A stretch of DNA of 63,862 nucleotides, filler included, from Olpidium bornovanus S191 (GCA_017911155.1; 26 parts of 26 records of this genome joined end to end with filler, not necessarily neighbours in it), one strand, 5' to 3'. Positions 11,647 to 25,469 are shown, counted from the whole stretch's first letter. Notes: a model not told the origin generated them from the letters alone. Program-made: numbers and translations.

Positions 11647-12513
11647 NNNNNNNNNNNNNNNNNNNNNNNNNNNNNNNNNNNNNNNNNNNNTTAATTAATT
11701 AANNNNNNNNNNNNNNNNNNNNNNNNNNNNNNNNNNNNNNNNNNNNCGCCCCCCCCCCCCCCCGGGCGGGGGGGGGGGGGGGGGGGGGAGGGGGCGCAGA
11801 GCAGGTACACGTTGTTTCTCGAAAGAAAAAGCCGGCAGATTTTTTCTGTTTCGCCCGGGAGTCAAAAATTGTGGCGCGGCATATGCAAGGGACGCGACGG
11901 GGGGGAGGGAGGGCGCGAAACATTTTTTTTTTTTTTTCGCAGAACCCCCCCCCCCGCTCTTGCCCGCGCTCACTGGTTTTTGCCGGTCCGGATTTTCAAC
12001 AGAAAAACGGCTCTCGAAATCCCGCCCGGAAACGGTCCTGCGCGCGTGCTGGATACGTGCCGACAGACGAGTGAGGAAGAACGCGAAGGAGGAGGTGGGG
12101 TGGGGGGGGGGGGGAAGGGGGGAAGGGGGATGTGCGACCTGCGCGTCGAGCTTTATCGAGCGGCGGTTCGAGGGGCCGCCTGTAGAAACAAGGAGGCCCC
12201 TGTGGCACGACCAGACACTACGCGCGCCGACTCTCCGCCTTTTCTTCAGCTCGTGTAGTTCCCCAGGAGACCGCCACATTAAATAGGCCTGCCGTAGCTA
12301 ATAGCCCCAAAACAAAAAAAAAAAAAATCACGAACAGAAACGTTCTCCGTACGCCTGCTATAGTAGTATAATAATTACATTAATTAATAATTAAATACTA
12401 ATTAGTATTGCACTAACATTAGCAGTACAATATAAGTCTCCGTTTTGGCGACTCCGCGCTTCCGCCCGCCTGCTGCCCAAAATGCAACACCCCCCCTCTC
12501 CCCCCCTTACCCC

Positions 12514-13094
12514 TGTTGGAAAAAAAAGGGGCGCCAGGGGCGGAGACGCACTGCGCGCACCTGTTGCCCCTTTGTAGAGTTCCTAGTTCCCGTCATATAG
12601 AAAAAGGGCCAGAGGAAGCTAGTAAACAAACGGCCCAAATACAGTTCTCCTTCCTTCCAGTTGTTCTCGCCACCCCGCGCGGCACATCTTCGCGCAGCGC
12701 ATCTTCTTCGCCTTCTCCTCCGGCTCAGCTTTATCGTTATGAGCCCAACCCGTAGACTCCCTGCCAAAGCCCGTAGACTCCCTGCCAAAGAAAAAAACGC
12801 GGCGGAAGTACCAGCCATCAGAAGTACGACACCGCCGTACTCGCCACAGGCGACCATGGAACACGCGACCATGGAACACGCGACCACGGGACACGCGGCC
12901 ATGGAAGTGAACCGCTGGAGAAGGACCGTAAAGAGCGAGAACGAAGAGGCCGAAGCTCTACTTGGGGACCTCGAAACCCCAGCAGAGCAGAGAGGAAGAC
13001 GACACTGGAGCCCTGAAGTGGTTAGAAGGACGTCAGCCCGGGAGCGCAGCACTTCACGGGACTCGGCCATCTCCGCGCTCTCCCAAACGTCAAG
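12514..13094 (+). mobile_element. Probable Copia 5' LTR (from TGTTGG at 12514), half-tRNAiMet PBS (12736-12746) and downstream ORF start
   Basis: GTTATGAGCCC is complementary to the iMet anticodon arm. The region is homologous to 59027-59320, sharing TGTTGGAAAAAA and AGACTCCCTGCCAAAGAA. Confidence 0.55.
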
Positions 13095-14406
13095 NNNNNN
13101 NNNNNNNNNNNNNNNNNNNNNNNNNNNNNNNNNNNNNNTTAATTAATTAANNNNNNNNNNNNNNNNNNNNNNNNNNNNNNNNNNNNNNNNNNNNGGTCGC
13201 ATACTGCGGATCTTTTGACACCATCTTTTGGCACGTCGTTGCCCATCCTGATTAGAGATGTATCCCAAAAGCTATATTGAATTGATCCCAAAGGTGGCTT
13301 TCTTCCCAGCCCATGGCTCCCGCCGAATTTCCGCCGGCAGCCCGCTGACAAATTAACGCCCCCCATCGCCCGCCCCGCCTTGAAACCCCATTCGGCCGCC
13401 CGTGAATTATTCTTTTCCGCACCGCTGATGGGCACACCGCTGCTGCCTACAGTTGTCAAATGTTTTTTGGACATCGAAAAAGCCTGCGTCGTTGTCAAGT
13501 CATTGGAATCTTTGTTTTTTGTTTTGCGCTGGGGTGCCTCAGCCCTTCGCCGGTTTTGGGGAGAAGTATGGCGCTTCTCCCCGGCCCTTGACCTGTTTGC
13601 GGAGTCCGCCCGTATGACCGTTGGAGCCGTGGTGGGGGGGACGCTCTTTCGCGAGTAATGCCAATTGATTACGCATGCCTTCGAGGCGACGGCGACTCAT
13701 GACTGCATCAACAACGGCTCCCGAGCCACCATATGACCCTGAGTCATCATCTCGGTGGCCCGGTTCTCAGTTTCCGTTTGTCGACAATGACAAAGCCTGG
13801 GCGGCTGGGCACCAAGCCTTGGGCCTACCTATAAAAGAACCCTGTTTGCCGGCCGGCCCACCGGTGAACTCGCGATCCCCCCCACCCACCACCACCACAA
13901 CACCACAACCCTCATTTTGAAAACACACACAAAACCGATCTTCCGAAGCCGGGGCCAAGCAGGCCGCTAACAACGTGGACGATCGTGAGCATCCTCGTGC
14001 CTCTGGCTATCTTAACGCCGTTCGTTCACGGATTGGCGGGGTTGGTGGGGTTCGTGGGATTTTTGGGATTGCAGGGCTCGCGGGATTTGCGGCATTCGTG
14101 GGGTTCGCTTTTTTTTTGGGATTCGGCTTATCCCTATGGTTTGTGGGGTTTAGAGGTGTCAGATCTGTGTTGTCTGCATGCCCACAAAGAAGCAGCCGCA
14201 CAGGTATGCGGGGATACCGGCAGATTGTAAATTCTTTATAGGTCACAATCATGCCGGTTGTTTGTAAGGCCATTCTAGTTGCCCTTGGCTTCAAANNNNN
14301 NNNNNNNNNNNNNNNNNNNNNNNNNNNNNNNNNNNNNNNTTAATTAATTAANNNNNNNNNNNNNNNNNNNNNNNNNNNNNNNNNNNNNNNNNNNNGAGAA
14401 GAGGGA

Positions 14407-14476
<70 letters not shown>

Positions 14477-14680
14477 GCGTGGAACGAAAGAGACCGGCGC
14501 GGGCCGGGACGCAACGACGTTGGCCCCTCCCCCCCACCACCACGACGACGCACTTTTCGCTGTCGCAGGCAGAAGGATCGGGGCCGTTGCGCGCCGCTCT
14601 GCCAAACCACCCCGCGCGGCGTGTCGGTTTCTCCGTTTAACGGTTGTTGTCTTCGGTGTCTCCGCGCGCATCTCGCACAG

Positions 14681-16472
14681 ACGTCGACGGTCCCGCACCG
14701 CAACTGGAGGAGGAGGAGGAGGAGCGGGAGCCGGAAGTCAGGGTGTACCTCCCGGGGCAGCAGCTGCAGGAGGGCGAGGAACTTGTTCACGATGCGTCCG
14801 CCTACCACATGCTCCACTCAATGTCCAGCCGGTGGCCTTGCCTCAGCTTCGACATCGTGGTGGACAAACTCGGGGACGACCGCAGCACGGTACGTTTTCC
14901 CGTGCTCCCCGTCTTGCTTGTTTTTTTTTTTTTTTTTTTTGGTTCGACCCGGCTCTCCCGGGTGGTTCAGCGGAGCGCGGCGCGGCCTGGCGCGGAAGAG
15001 GATCGCGTTTTCCCCGAACTGAGGGGTATCGGGAACGCGGCGACGCACGCGACGTGGTCACGTTGACGAACGGCATCTATCGTCGCACATAGACCGGCCT
15101 GCAGGACCAAATTAACTTCCTAACTCACCTTAGGCCGCGTCCCCTTGTTTTTGCCGCCTGTTCAGTATCCGCACACTGTCTACGCTGTCGCCGGCACGCA
15201 AGCCGACAGCCCGGAAAAGAACGAAGTGTACGTCATGAAGATGTCACAGCTCAACCGGACGGCGCGCGACGCGGGCGAAGACTCGGATTCGGAAGACGAT
15301 GACGGCGGTCTGGATGACGACCCGATCCTGGAACATCGAGTGATCCCCCACCGGGGCGGCGTGAGCCGTGTGCGCCTTGCCAAGGACGCGTCGTCGTGCC
15401 TGATGCACGCTGCCACCTGGGCCGACACCGGCAAGGTGCACATATGGGACATTTCTTCGCAGCTTGCCGCTCTGGACGTTCCCGGCGCCGTCGTGCCCCA
15501 TGACGCCACCAAGCCGGTCTATACCGTCGAGAACCACGGTGACGTCGAAGGCTTCGCAATGGACTGGAGCGACGTTGCTACCGGGAGGTGATGTTTAGTC
15601 GATGGTGTACTCCCTCAGCGTTGGTGGTCGAGCCCTTTTCCCTAACGGTATTCTTCTGCCGTGTTTCTATGTCCTTAGACTACTAACGGGAGACGTGTCT
15701 GGACGCATATTTCTAACCACGCGGACGCAAACTGGCTACACCACCTCCCCGGACGCTTTCACGAGCCACACCTCCTCCGTCGAAGACATCCAGTTTTCGC
15801 CGGTGGAAAAGACGGTCTTCGCGTCGTGTTCGGCGGACGGCACCGTTCGCGTTTGGGACACGCGGGTGGCCAACCGGAAGGCCGTGTTGGGAATCAACGC
15901 GCACGAGTCGGACGTCAACGTTATTAGCTGGAACCGGCTCACGTCCTTTCTCCTTGCCAGCGGGTCGGACGGCGGCGAGATCAGTGTGTGGGACATGAGA
16001 AAGTTTTCTGCGGGGTACGTAGTCTGTCGGGATAATGACGCCTCGCTGTCTCGTGAAGAGGCCGCTTGTTTCGTTTTGTAGTTTTTTGCTCGGCGCCGAC
16101 TCTGACTGTACGGCGCATGATGCTGTTTTCAGGCCCCTCGTCAACCCGGCACCGGTCGCCTCGTTCTTGTGGCACAATGCGCCGGTGACATCGATCGAGT
16201 GGTCGCCCTTCGAGTCGTCTGTTCTGGCTGCAGCGGGCGCCGACGACCAGGTATCTATCTGGGACCTTTCGGTCGAAGCGGACGTTGAAGAGGAAGGGGC
16301 GGTCGCGATGAACACCGGCGACGGCGCCAAGCTGGAGGTGCCGCCGCAGCTTCTCTTTATCCACCAAGGCCAGCGCAACATCAAGGAGCTGCACTGGCAC
16401 CGGTGCATCCGCGGCGTCGTCCTCACCACCGCCGCTTCGGGTTTCAACGTGTTCAAACCCATTAACTTCTAG
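14681..16472 (+). CDS. RRB1: Ribosome assembly WD40 protein Rrb1/GRWD1, 5' end uncertain; exons 14681-14889, 15166-15587, 15679-16014, 16133-16472
   Basis: VYLPG..L.EGEELVHDASAYHMLH....WPCLSFDI, AGTQA....KNEVYVMKMSQL, EGFAMDWS, HTSSVEDIQFSP, AHESDVNVISWN, PPQLLFIHQGQRNIKELHWH, VVLTTAASGFNVFKPIN*. Splice phases are consistent. Confidence 0.95.
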
Positions 16473-17702
16473 CAACCGGACGCAGACCACTTGAAAAAAA
16501 AGAATGAAACGAGTGTAATGAGCCGTCAGGTGTTTTATCTCCGGTGGTCCCGCACAGTAAACCATCTATCTCAACCGTCCACGTGTATATATAGAAATGG
16601 GAAGTTATGCCGGACAGTCGCAGGACCCGAACCGCATCTAAATAAAGGGGAGGAGCTCGGGAAAGGAGAGGGGAGGGGGAGGGGGGGGGGGGGGGGGGCG
16701 CATTTCAGAACGTCCTTAGGGGGAACCGCGTGCCAGAGTCACCAGTGTTTTTCGGCGCCTTAAATAATCACTGGAACGCCCCGTGTCCTGAAAAAAGATC
16801 ATCCTTTCTGGCAGGCACTGGAATGGCGGAGAAGGAAGGTGCAACTTCCCTACATTTCCGCTTTTGAAGATTTATCAAAGTTTTTAAAGATAACGCTGCA
16901 AACGGAACACAAAACGGTTAGTTCAACAGTTTTTCTTTTTTTTTTTGTTTGTTACAGCCGGAGCTGGGAGGTCCCTGGTCGTCCGACCGAGGTTTCCCTT
17001 TAACTCGGCAAAAGTGGATGTGACTTTTTGGCTCGGTCAATTTTCCAAACATCGCCCCCGGAGCAGGTCCGAAACCTTGTTGCCCAAAACCCGAATTTTT
17101 TTTTTTTTTTGTTTTTTTTGGGAGAGGGGCCCCCCAAAAAAAAAAAAAAAAAAAAAAAAAAAGAAAAGCCACAACTGATCAAGATCTTGAATCAGGGATC
17201 CTCCTCACGCAGAGGTGGGAATATCCTACGAATCCGCATTCGGCCGTAACGCGGGCTCTCTCAGCACGCAAACATGTCCCCGGCTGCGAGGCGCGGTGGG
17301 ACCACGTTGCGGGCCAAAGACGGGAAGCGCATCAAAAGATGTCCGACCGCGCGGCGAGCATGGCGCAGCTCGCGCCGGACTGGTGGGGGTGGTGGCGGTG
17401 GGTGGGGGTTGAAGGGTTGGGCGGGGGCCGCGGGGGAAGGGGTGGTAAGGGGGGGGCCGGTGGAGGGGGACACGTGGGGGGGGGTTTTCCGAGTCACGGG
17501 GCGGCGTCGGTTCGTTTGTGTCGCCCCAAGAGGACCCGACTCGGGTTTTTTTTTTTTTTTTTTTCGACTTCCCGTTTCTTTTTTCTCTCGAGACGGAGAA
17601 GCNNNNNNNNNNNNNNNNNNNNNNNNNNNNNNNNNNNNNNNNNNNNTTAATTAATTAANNNNNNNNNNNNNNNNNNNNNNNNNNNNNNNNNNNNNNNNNN
17701 NN

Positions 17703-18010
17703 ATATGAAGGCCCGCGACGTGGCCATGCGCCGCCGGTGGCCCGTCGCATTCGAGGACGACGAGAGCGACGTGCGCATGTGCTTCTCCCTGGGTTGCCAC
17801 AAGCTGTCCCGGCCGCTCGCGGAGCACTTCTCCCCACGTTTTTGGCACACCAACGCCCCCTGGCTGGTCCTGGACGGCGACGACAATGCGGACATTCCTG
17901 CCACCCGCTGCCTGCTGCCGGGCCCACCTACCCCGCGATTTGACGAGGAATTCGCAGACTCTGCGGCCACCATCGGCCAGATGCAGTTGCACCATTTCAG
18001 CAAACAATAA
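17703..18010 (+). CDS. C-terminal exon of an unidentified protein
   Basis: Open frame from the contig start to TAA at 18010 with complex amino-acid composition (YMKARDVAMRRRWPVAF...MCFSLGCHKLSRPL). No family recognised. Confidence 0.4.
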
Positions 18011-18284
18011 AGGTCCTGTTCCAGTTGTGGGTGCGCCCAAGGGTCGTCGGCCGTCTAAGTAATCGCCATACGGCGGATACAGCTAGGAGACCCGCTACCT
18101 GGCGTCTGCCCCGTCTCCCAGGCCACGGCCAAGACTCGGGAGCTGTCGATGGGCTGCCGTGAGCGTTGACGATCTTTATTCCTCTATAAAGACTCGACAG
18201 GATGTCCGAAATACGTCGCCGAAAATTTTCTATTAGACGGATTTTGATAGAACTGTTCCGAAGTCAAGAATAGTTGGTTTTCCT

Positions 18285-18320
<36 letters not shown>

Positions 18321-18919
18321 CAACAGGTATATCTAATGCAGTGCCTAAATAGATGGACAGAGATAATAATGCAGACACGAGAATTGTCCCCGAGTAGTGG
18401 TTGCACAATTGACCACTACTTCGCGTCACCGAAAAGATCGCTGGGGAACAGGTATTAGAGCTGGCCAATGTGGGCCTTGTGAGCAAGCCGAGCTAGACCA
18501 GCATAATGGGGAAACTCGTGGACCGCTGCGGCGCACTCGCCGCTGCCCCGCCGCCGCTGCAATATCCGTCTCCTCCCTCGCTCTCCACCTTGATTATCCA
18601 AGGGGAAAAGAGCTGGCCCCAAAGACCGCGGGTGACGCAAAACGACGAATTTTTTCCCGAGCCGCGAGACGGGGAGCCAGAGGTTTCTTTGCTTTCGCCA
18701 TGACGATTCTGGTACTTTTTCTCTATGAAAGAGGGTAGAAACGCGAAATAGAGCAGCTCCAGGGGTAGGGTCAAAGGAACGAACGGCGCGCCTCGGGATC
18801 CGCTACGCACGGACCAAGGNNNNNNNNNNNNNNNNNNNNNNNNNNNNNNNNNNNNNNNNNNNNTTAATTAATTAANNNNNNNNNNNNNNNNNNNNNNNNN
18901 NNNNNNNNNNNNNNNNNNN

Positions 18920-19410
18920 CATGACTGTTCAACAGTTTACTACTAAGTTTAATACATTAGCCGCTGTCCTCCAAGGTGGAATGGACAATGCAACTTTGAC
19001 CATTCTGTACGTCAAGAACCTTTCTGACAGGATCTGGCATGCCATTGCCACCGTCCCGGAGAATACCACCTCACTTGCGGCCTGTCAGCGAGCTGCGTTA
19101 CGCTCTGAGGCTTTCACCCGTGCGACATCTTCGCCCCCCTTACATTCAGCTCCTGCCTCGGCACATTCATCATACACACGGGACCAGCATCAGAGATCGT
19201 CAGGATCGGCCTCCTTTTCAAGGTCTCCCCATCCAGGAGAAGCACGCTCATCTAAATGACGCCGCCCCTCCAGTGGCCAGCAGTCCCGCCCGCACGGGAA
19301 TGCACTTTCAAATGCTGCACGGCTGCCTGGCCAAACGCCGATGCCCAGGGCCGCAAGGAATCCTTGTATGTTCTGCCGCTCCCCGGCGCATTTCCCATCT
19401 ACTTGCACCG
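18920..19410 (+). mobile_element. Ty3/Gypsy gag remnant with CCHC zinc knuckle
   Basis: TVQQFTTKFNTLAAVLQGGMDNATLTILYVKNLSDRI resembles the retrotransposon gag core. CMFCRSPAHFPSTC (CX2CX4HX4C) follows in another frame after a stop. Confidence 0.75.
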
Positions 19411-19827
19411 CCGGCGCGCGTGCGAATTTCCCCCTTCTCTCTCTCTCTCTTTCTCACTCTCCCCCTCTGCCTCGCTCCACGCAACCGAAACGGGAATCCC
19501 GGGATGGGGGGGGGGGGTGGTGAACGCCGGGCCGGCGGGCCTCGCCTGGGCGCAGTCGACTACATCATCGTCCAGTTCGGCCGCGTCACCGGCTGCCTCC
19601 ATGGTTCAAGCAGCCACCGTCGCGGCCACCTTGGCCGCCTCTGTGGCTCACGCGGCCGCCGTCGCGGCCCCTTGTGCGCCGGCGCGGCCACCTTGGCCGC
19701 CTCCATGGTCACGCGGCGCCTTCTTCGGAAGGAGGTCTCGGAGGAAGGGGGTCTCGGAGGAAGGAGAGGTTCTGCCCGCGTGGCCCGCCGAGGCGGTTCT
19801 GGAAAAGCGTCCGTGTGGCGTCGTCCC

Positions 19828-19871
<44 letters not shown>

Positions 19872-20124
19872 CCCCCCGCCACACCCCCCCCCCCCGCCGC
19901 ACCCCCGACTTTCTTGTTTTCTCGCCCGAAAAAAGCACATCAGAACTTCCTGGCGTTTGACAGTCCGACGGGGCCCCTGGCGATATCGGTGATCAAAGAC
20001 GGNNNNNNNNNNNNNNNNNNNNNNNNNNNNNNNNNNNNNNNNNNNNTTAATTAATTAANNNNNNNNNNNNNNNNNNNNNNNNNNNNNNNNNNNNNNNNNN
20101 NNCACACACGCACACCCACCCACG

Positions 20125-20175
<51 letters not shown>

Positions 20176-20183
20176 CCCCCCCG

Positions 20184-20222
<39 letters not shown>

Positions 20223-20376
20223 TTCCCGCCGTCCCCGTCCCCGTCCCCGCGCCACCGCCGCGCCCGCGATCGCCGCTCGTTTACGCGTCCTCTGCGCCTC
20301 CTCCCGCCTCCTCCTCTTCCTCCTCCTCCTCCTCCTCCTCCGCCTCCGCCTCCGCGGCGGGGCGGACGCGGGAACC

Positions 20377-21269
20377 ATGGGCGACGCAAGGCTGAGCCTC
20401 GCAAGGCTGGTTCTTCTCCAGGCCGCCGCCGCGGGTTCCCCGCCCTCGGCGCAGGCGCCGGCTCCGTCCGCCGAGGTCGCCTCTCCCTCAACCGGCGGCG
20501 CGGCCGCGCTGCCGCTGCAGCAGCCGTCCCGCATGCCGATGCCGGGGCGCGCTCACTCCGCCCAAACGGCCCAACCGCCGCTTCCGCCATTCTCTTCGTC
20601 GCCCGGCTGGCGCGGCAGCCCCGCGTGGCTCGACGGCTCGAGCGCGCAGACCCCGGCGGCCAAGGGCGGCGGTTCCCCGAGGGAGAGCGTCCCGCTCGCC
20701 AAGAAGCGCAAGCGGTCGGCGGTTGACGGCGGCGACGGAGGCGAGGACGCCGGCGGCTGGGCGGGAGAAGGGCGCGCGAACGAGGAAGACGGAGACCGCG
20801 TCAGCGAAGGGGTCGACGAAGGGGACGAAGCAGAGGGCGTGTACGCGGTGCGGTCCATACTCAAGAAGAGGTTTGACCCCGCGGGCCGCGTGTCGTACCT
20901 CGTCGAATGGGAACCCCTCCGCGGCAGCTCCATCTGCCAAACATCATGGGTATGGGGACCACGCGAATTTTTTTTCGCCCGCGCTGCTGTGGGCGGCTCT
21001 TCCGGACCTGGCGAACAAAGGGGTTCGACAAGCGCCTTGTCGAAAACCACCCACCGTAAACGCTCCTGTCTGCATAATCGGGTTCGTTTTACCTGCCGGC
21101 TCTCGCTTAACTTTTTCTCCCTCGCTTCAACCGCTCGGTCGCTCTCCCCGATTTGCCACAGGAGCCGAGCGAGAACGTCCGAACGTGCCCCAAGCTGGTA
21201 AACAAGTTCGAGGCGGCGTGGGGTAGGAAGGAGCTGGAACGTTTTCGAAAAATTCATAGCCGATCGTAA
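20377..21269 (+). CDS. Chromodomain protein; exons 20377-20949 and 21162-21269
   Basis: YAVRSILKKRFDPAGRVSYLVEWEP......TSW spliced to EPSENVRTCPKLVNKFE gives a complete chromo fold. GT-AG intron at 20950-21161. Confidence 0.82.
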
Positions 21270-22187
21270 CCGAGGTGCGTCTCTCCGCGGTGCGGAACGC
21301 AAAAGGCGCTCAAACAAACAGGCGCAATCGTGTCCCTCTGATGACCCTTCTTTCCGGTTATCCAGAGTCCGCGTTTTCGGATACCAAGATTCAGGTCTGT
21401 GCGCTTGGCGTATCGCCCGTTCCCGGCGTAGTTCAATTGCCCGAAGTTCTTGATTCGTCACTGTCCTTGATCGAACGGTGCACCCTGGCTGTAAAACTTC
21501 CGGAGCAAGCCCGACGGTGCTGTGACGGAGTACGTGCACTACTGCCACGCGAGATTTTTTGTTTTGTTTTTATTGGTCGTGAGTTCACACCCTGACCAGG
21601 CGATTTGCAATTCAATAAATTTCGTAATTGATAGTCCGACGTCGACATCCCTGTCGGGACCGCGGACTGTAAAACCTCTCCGCAGGAACTCGGGGGTCAC
21701 GTCGCCATCGGACTGTCCAAACAAAGCAAACGAGAAGTAAACGTCCTGACCCCCCCTCCTCCTCCCCCTCCCCCCTCCCCCGCCGCCAATCGTAGAATCC
21801 CTCCGGTTTCGCCATTATCCACAGCGAACGTGCGCATTTTTCCTATCGGAGGACTTTTGTACCCGTGATTAAGCTATTAACCGAGAGTTTACCGAAAGGC
21901 GACGACACTGCACTGGCGCGCTTTTGCAAAAGCCCCGACTTAGGTACAACCCAAAACGCTTGATGCAGTTTGGAATGCGATATTGCGTGAACCCCTCTTT
22001 TTTGCGCGAAATGCCGGTTAATACTTGCTCGACGGTTCGCCCCGCCCCCCCATAACTTTAAGAAAACCGGCTTTTAGTTTGCAATCACGCTCCGTTTTTC
22101 CTCCCATTCGTCACCGCTGTTGACGAAAAGCGCACCTCGACTTGATTTGCCCGACGTGAGGCCGTGTTCGGCCGCGGGTTTCTCCAG

Positions 22188-24689
22188 TCACGGAACGCCG
22201 GTTGCCTTCTTCCACTTCCCTAAGCAGCTGTACGGAATGTCATCGAAGTTGCTCTTCACGTCGCAGACCTGCACGAAGGGTGGGAAGTAAGGCCGGGATC
22301 AAAAGAAAGGTCGGAAGAAAAAAAAACAAGTGGTCGAACGGGCCGCCCGCCTGGCAATATTTCTTTACGAAGCCCAGAATGCTGCACGCAGCAACCGGCG
22401 CCCGTACTCACACATCGGAGCTGGCTTTGCGGGTCCGGAGGGCAATGGTGGAACGGGTTGTGCTAATTTCGGGTACAGCAAAACGCTTAGCGGAACTTCC
22501 CCTTAAACCCAGCATCCACATACCCACAAAAACAACCCGCTTGAATACAACGTTGCGAGGTGTTTGCCACTTACAAAGTATCCAATGTCATTGAACTGTC
22601 GAGGCGAGAAGGCGAAAACAACAAGTCAAGCGGGAACCGTTCGTTCCGATACAAGTTGCCAAAAAAAAACACAAAACGAAAGCGACAACTTGCAAAGTGT
22701 ATTTGGTCCTTCTTGAGCAGTAGCGCCGCGGCTATGGAGTGAACAGGCGCGTCACCCCACCGCTCGTAGAAGAATCCGCCCTTTTGGTCGAGATAGTCTG
22801 GGAATGAAGGGAAAGACGCTAATTCTAACCGCCCCGCGACAATGGCGTGTTGAAAGCCGCGGTACAGAAGGGGGGCGCAGGTTCAGACCGACCGAAGTAA
22901 TCCATGTACGCCTTGGAGCGCCAGAAATCGAGCGACGCGATTTCGAAATTGCTCCAGAAGTGGCACAGGTTGTAAGTGTTGCCGCGGTCGTGCGAGATGA
23001 AATCCAGGGAGTTGCCCTCGACGATGTGCTCCGGGTGATTCCGCATGAACTCTTTGGTGGCCTCCCACAGCGTTGGGATCTGGCAGAACGATTACGCGCC
23101 GATGGAGGATGAAAACCGGGAGCGCAGCTGACGCGACGACAAAAACTCGCGCGAACACCTTTGCGGGGGAGAACGAAAGAGACGCATGGAGAGAGAGAGA
23201 CGAGTCGCCCGCCTGCTTACCGTATTCGCGTACTCGTAGAGAGCAATAGTGAAGCCGTACATCTTGCCTGACTTTTTCAAGGTAACGAACGGATCCTCCA
23301 GGACGTCGCAGTAGAACTGTGGAAAATCGGACGCAAGGATGCAACGTAAAAGAAAACCAGCAGATTTCGGTGAACGGGCCGCGCCCAAAAATCAGATGAT
23401 CTGCCACGCCCCGAAAAACCACACGGATCACGCGCAAAACCTCCTCGCTACGTGCTTTAACCCCTGGTTCGACTCTCCAATAGTACTCGTACTCGGCCAG
23501 GAGCTCGTGCCGGAAAAAGAACCCCGAGTTGAACCGGCACATATGCCGGTACGGCAAGCTGCCGCCGTAAATGACTTTCGCCTCCTGCATCCGCGCGCGT
23601 TCGGCCGTCGCCTTTTCCTGGTCGATCCAGGACGGGTACGACCAGTGTTCCCTCGGGATTAGCCCGTACTTCGTTTTCGCTTTCGTCAGAGAAGACGTGT
23701 AAACTGGTATTGAAATAGGAAACGCATCAGTAACTCTAATCCTCAACTAAGAAAATAACAAATATACGAATCGACAAGAAAAAAATAAACGGGGGCCGAT
23801 AAAACCAGGTGAACTCACTCTTGAATTGCTCTTATTCGCAATGAAGATTAAAATCTTCACCAGGTTAGAGAACCCGCTCCCTGGGTTTGCAGTTTTTTGG
23901 ATAGGGAGAAGGTGAAAGGGGGAGGGGGGAAGGGGGGGGGGGGAAGACAGACGGCCTCGCGTGGTCGTACCTGTAAACGGCTCGTCATTCAGGAAAACCC
24001 AGTCGTATCGGAACCGACGATTAAACTGAGCAGGAATTGGCACGAATAGATCCGGACAAGAATGTGAATTGAACCGGCACTCGCAAAACCGCATGTCGTC
24101 CAGTCCCCTGGACGCAACAATTCCTCCCAAATCAAACACACGGCAGTCGGTAATTTATCAGTATTTTTTGATAGAGGCGGCTCTTGTCCCTCTTTGCGGA
24201 CAGAGTCGGCTCAGCGCGCGTGGCCGCGTTCGTTCGACACGTGCACGCAAGCGCAAGAAAAGCGCGGGACCACCCGGGGCCGGCGCTTTGGGCTGGACAA
24301 ACAGCGCTTCCGCAATCACGCTTTTGCCTTCCTGCACGCCGGAAGAACACGCACGCACACACACGCGCACGTACCCTGTCTTCCATCTCTCTCATGGATG
24401 CACGCATCGGCTCTAAATCCGAGTTCCTCGCCAGCACAACGAGGGCTGCGCGCGGCCTCTCCGTGGCGTTCGCGATCGAATCCGAGTACGCCGCGTCGTC
24501 GCTTTCGGACGTCGGCGGCGCGTGCCGGGCGAGCTTCTTAAGATCAAACGGCGAGTCCTCGCCCTGGGACCAGTATTTGCCCGCGGAGTAGGAGACGACG
24601 CGCGGGTACGTCACGGTGTAGAAGATATGCACGGCCACCAGCACGACGACGGCGACGGCGACGTTCCGCAAGGTCGAGTTCCGGACCAT
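22188..24689 (-). CDS. KRE2: KRE2/KTR-family alpha-1,2-mannosyltransferase (GT15), about 10 introns
   Basis: N-terminal TM anchor, [113 protein letters not shown]. The exact paralogue cannot be assigned. Confidence 0.95.
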
Positions 24690-25469
24690 TGGTGCAGAAG
24701 AGCGAAGGGCGGGGCCTCCCGCGCGCGCCGCGCGGAAATTCTCTGCGATTTTTTTTTTTTTTTTTTTTTGTGCGGGGGAATTGCTCGTTTTCTCCCGTTC
24801 GCGACAACCGCGGCCGCCACCCTCCCCGGCTCCGCCGCCTAACCCCCTCTGGAACCACATGCGGCGCACGCACAGCCCGGAACACCAGGGGAAAAAGCAG
24901 TCGCCAAAACAACGCGGATCGTGTCGACGGGCGCAGGCCGACGGAGAGAATGTGGGTAACCTGCCGTCGCTGCTGTTAACGTCGCCGAGTCACACCCTGC
25001 CAAAAATCTGCTCTTCTGTGTTACGATAGCACCCCGCTGCATCCCACCGGCACCCGGGATATGCGGGCAGCATTTGTGCGAATCCAAACGCTGTAAACCA
25101 CCTCCTCATCGATGATATGTCTGGGCAGATCGGCATTTCAATCACCAGCAGACACATCTCCACAACGGCAGCTTAGGCCACTTGGCTGAGCCATGNNNNN
25201 NNNNNNNNNNNNNNNNNNNNNNNNNNNNNNNNNNNNNNNTTAATTAATTAANNNNNNNNNNNNNNNNNNNNNNNNNNNNNNNNNNNNNNNNNNNNCATGT
25301 TTCACGACGAAAAGAAAAAAAAAACCGCACGGCCGGCGAAAAAAGTTCTTCGGACGCAATGGAAAAAAAGAAATGAAATGCGCGGATAAAAACGCGGCAG
25401 AGAAATTTCCTTCCTCCCCCCCCTCCCTCTCCTCGGCGAAAGGGACGTTCGGCGGGAAAAAGAAGGGTG

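Noticed and set aside
17060-17090. GGAGCAGGTCCGAAACC, resembling SRP RNA helix 8
   Set aside because: The CAGG, GNRA and AGCAG elements are in the wrong order, and no Alu or S domain is visible.
21433-21815. Possible minus-strand gene converging on the chromodomain gene
   Set aside because: I could not build a spliced frame with any recognisable protein signal.
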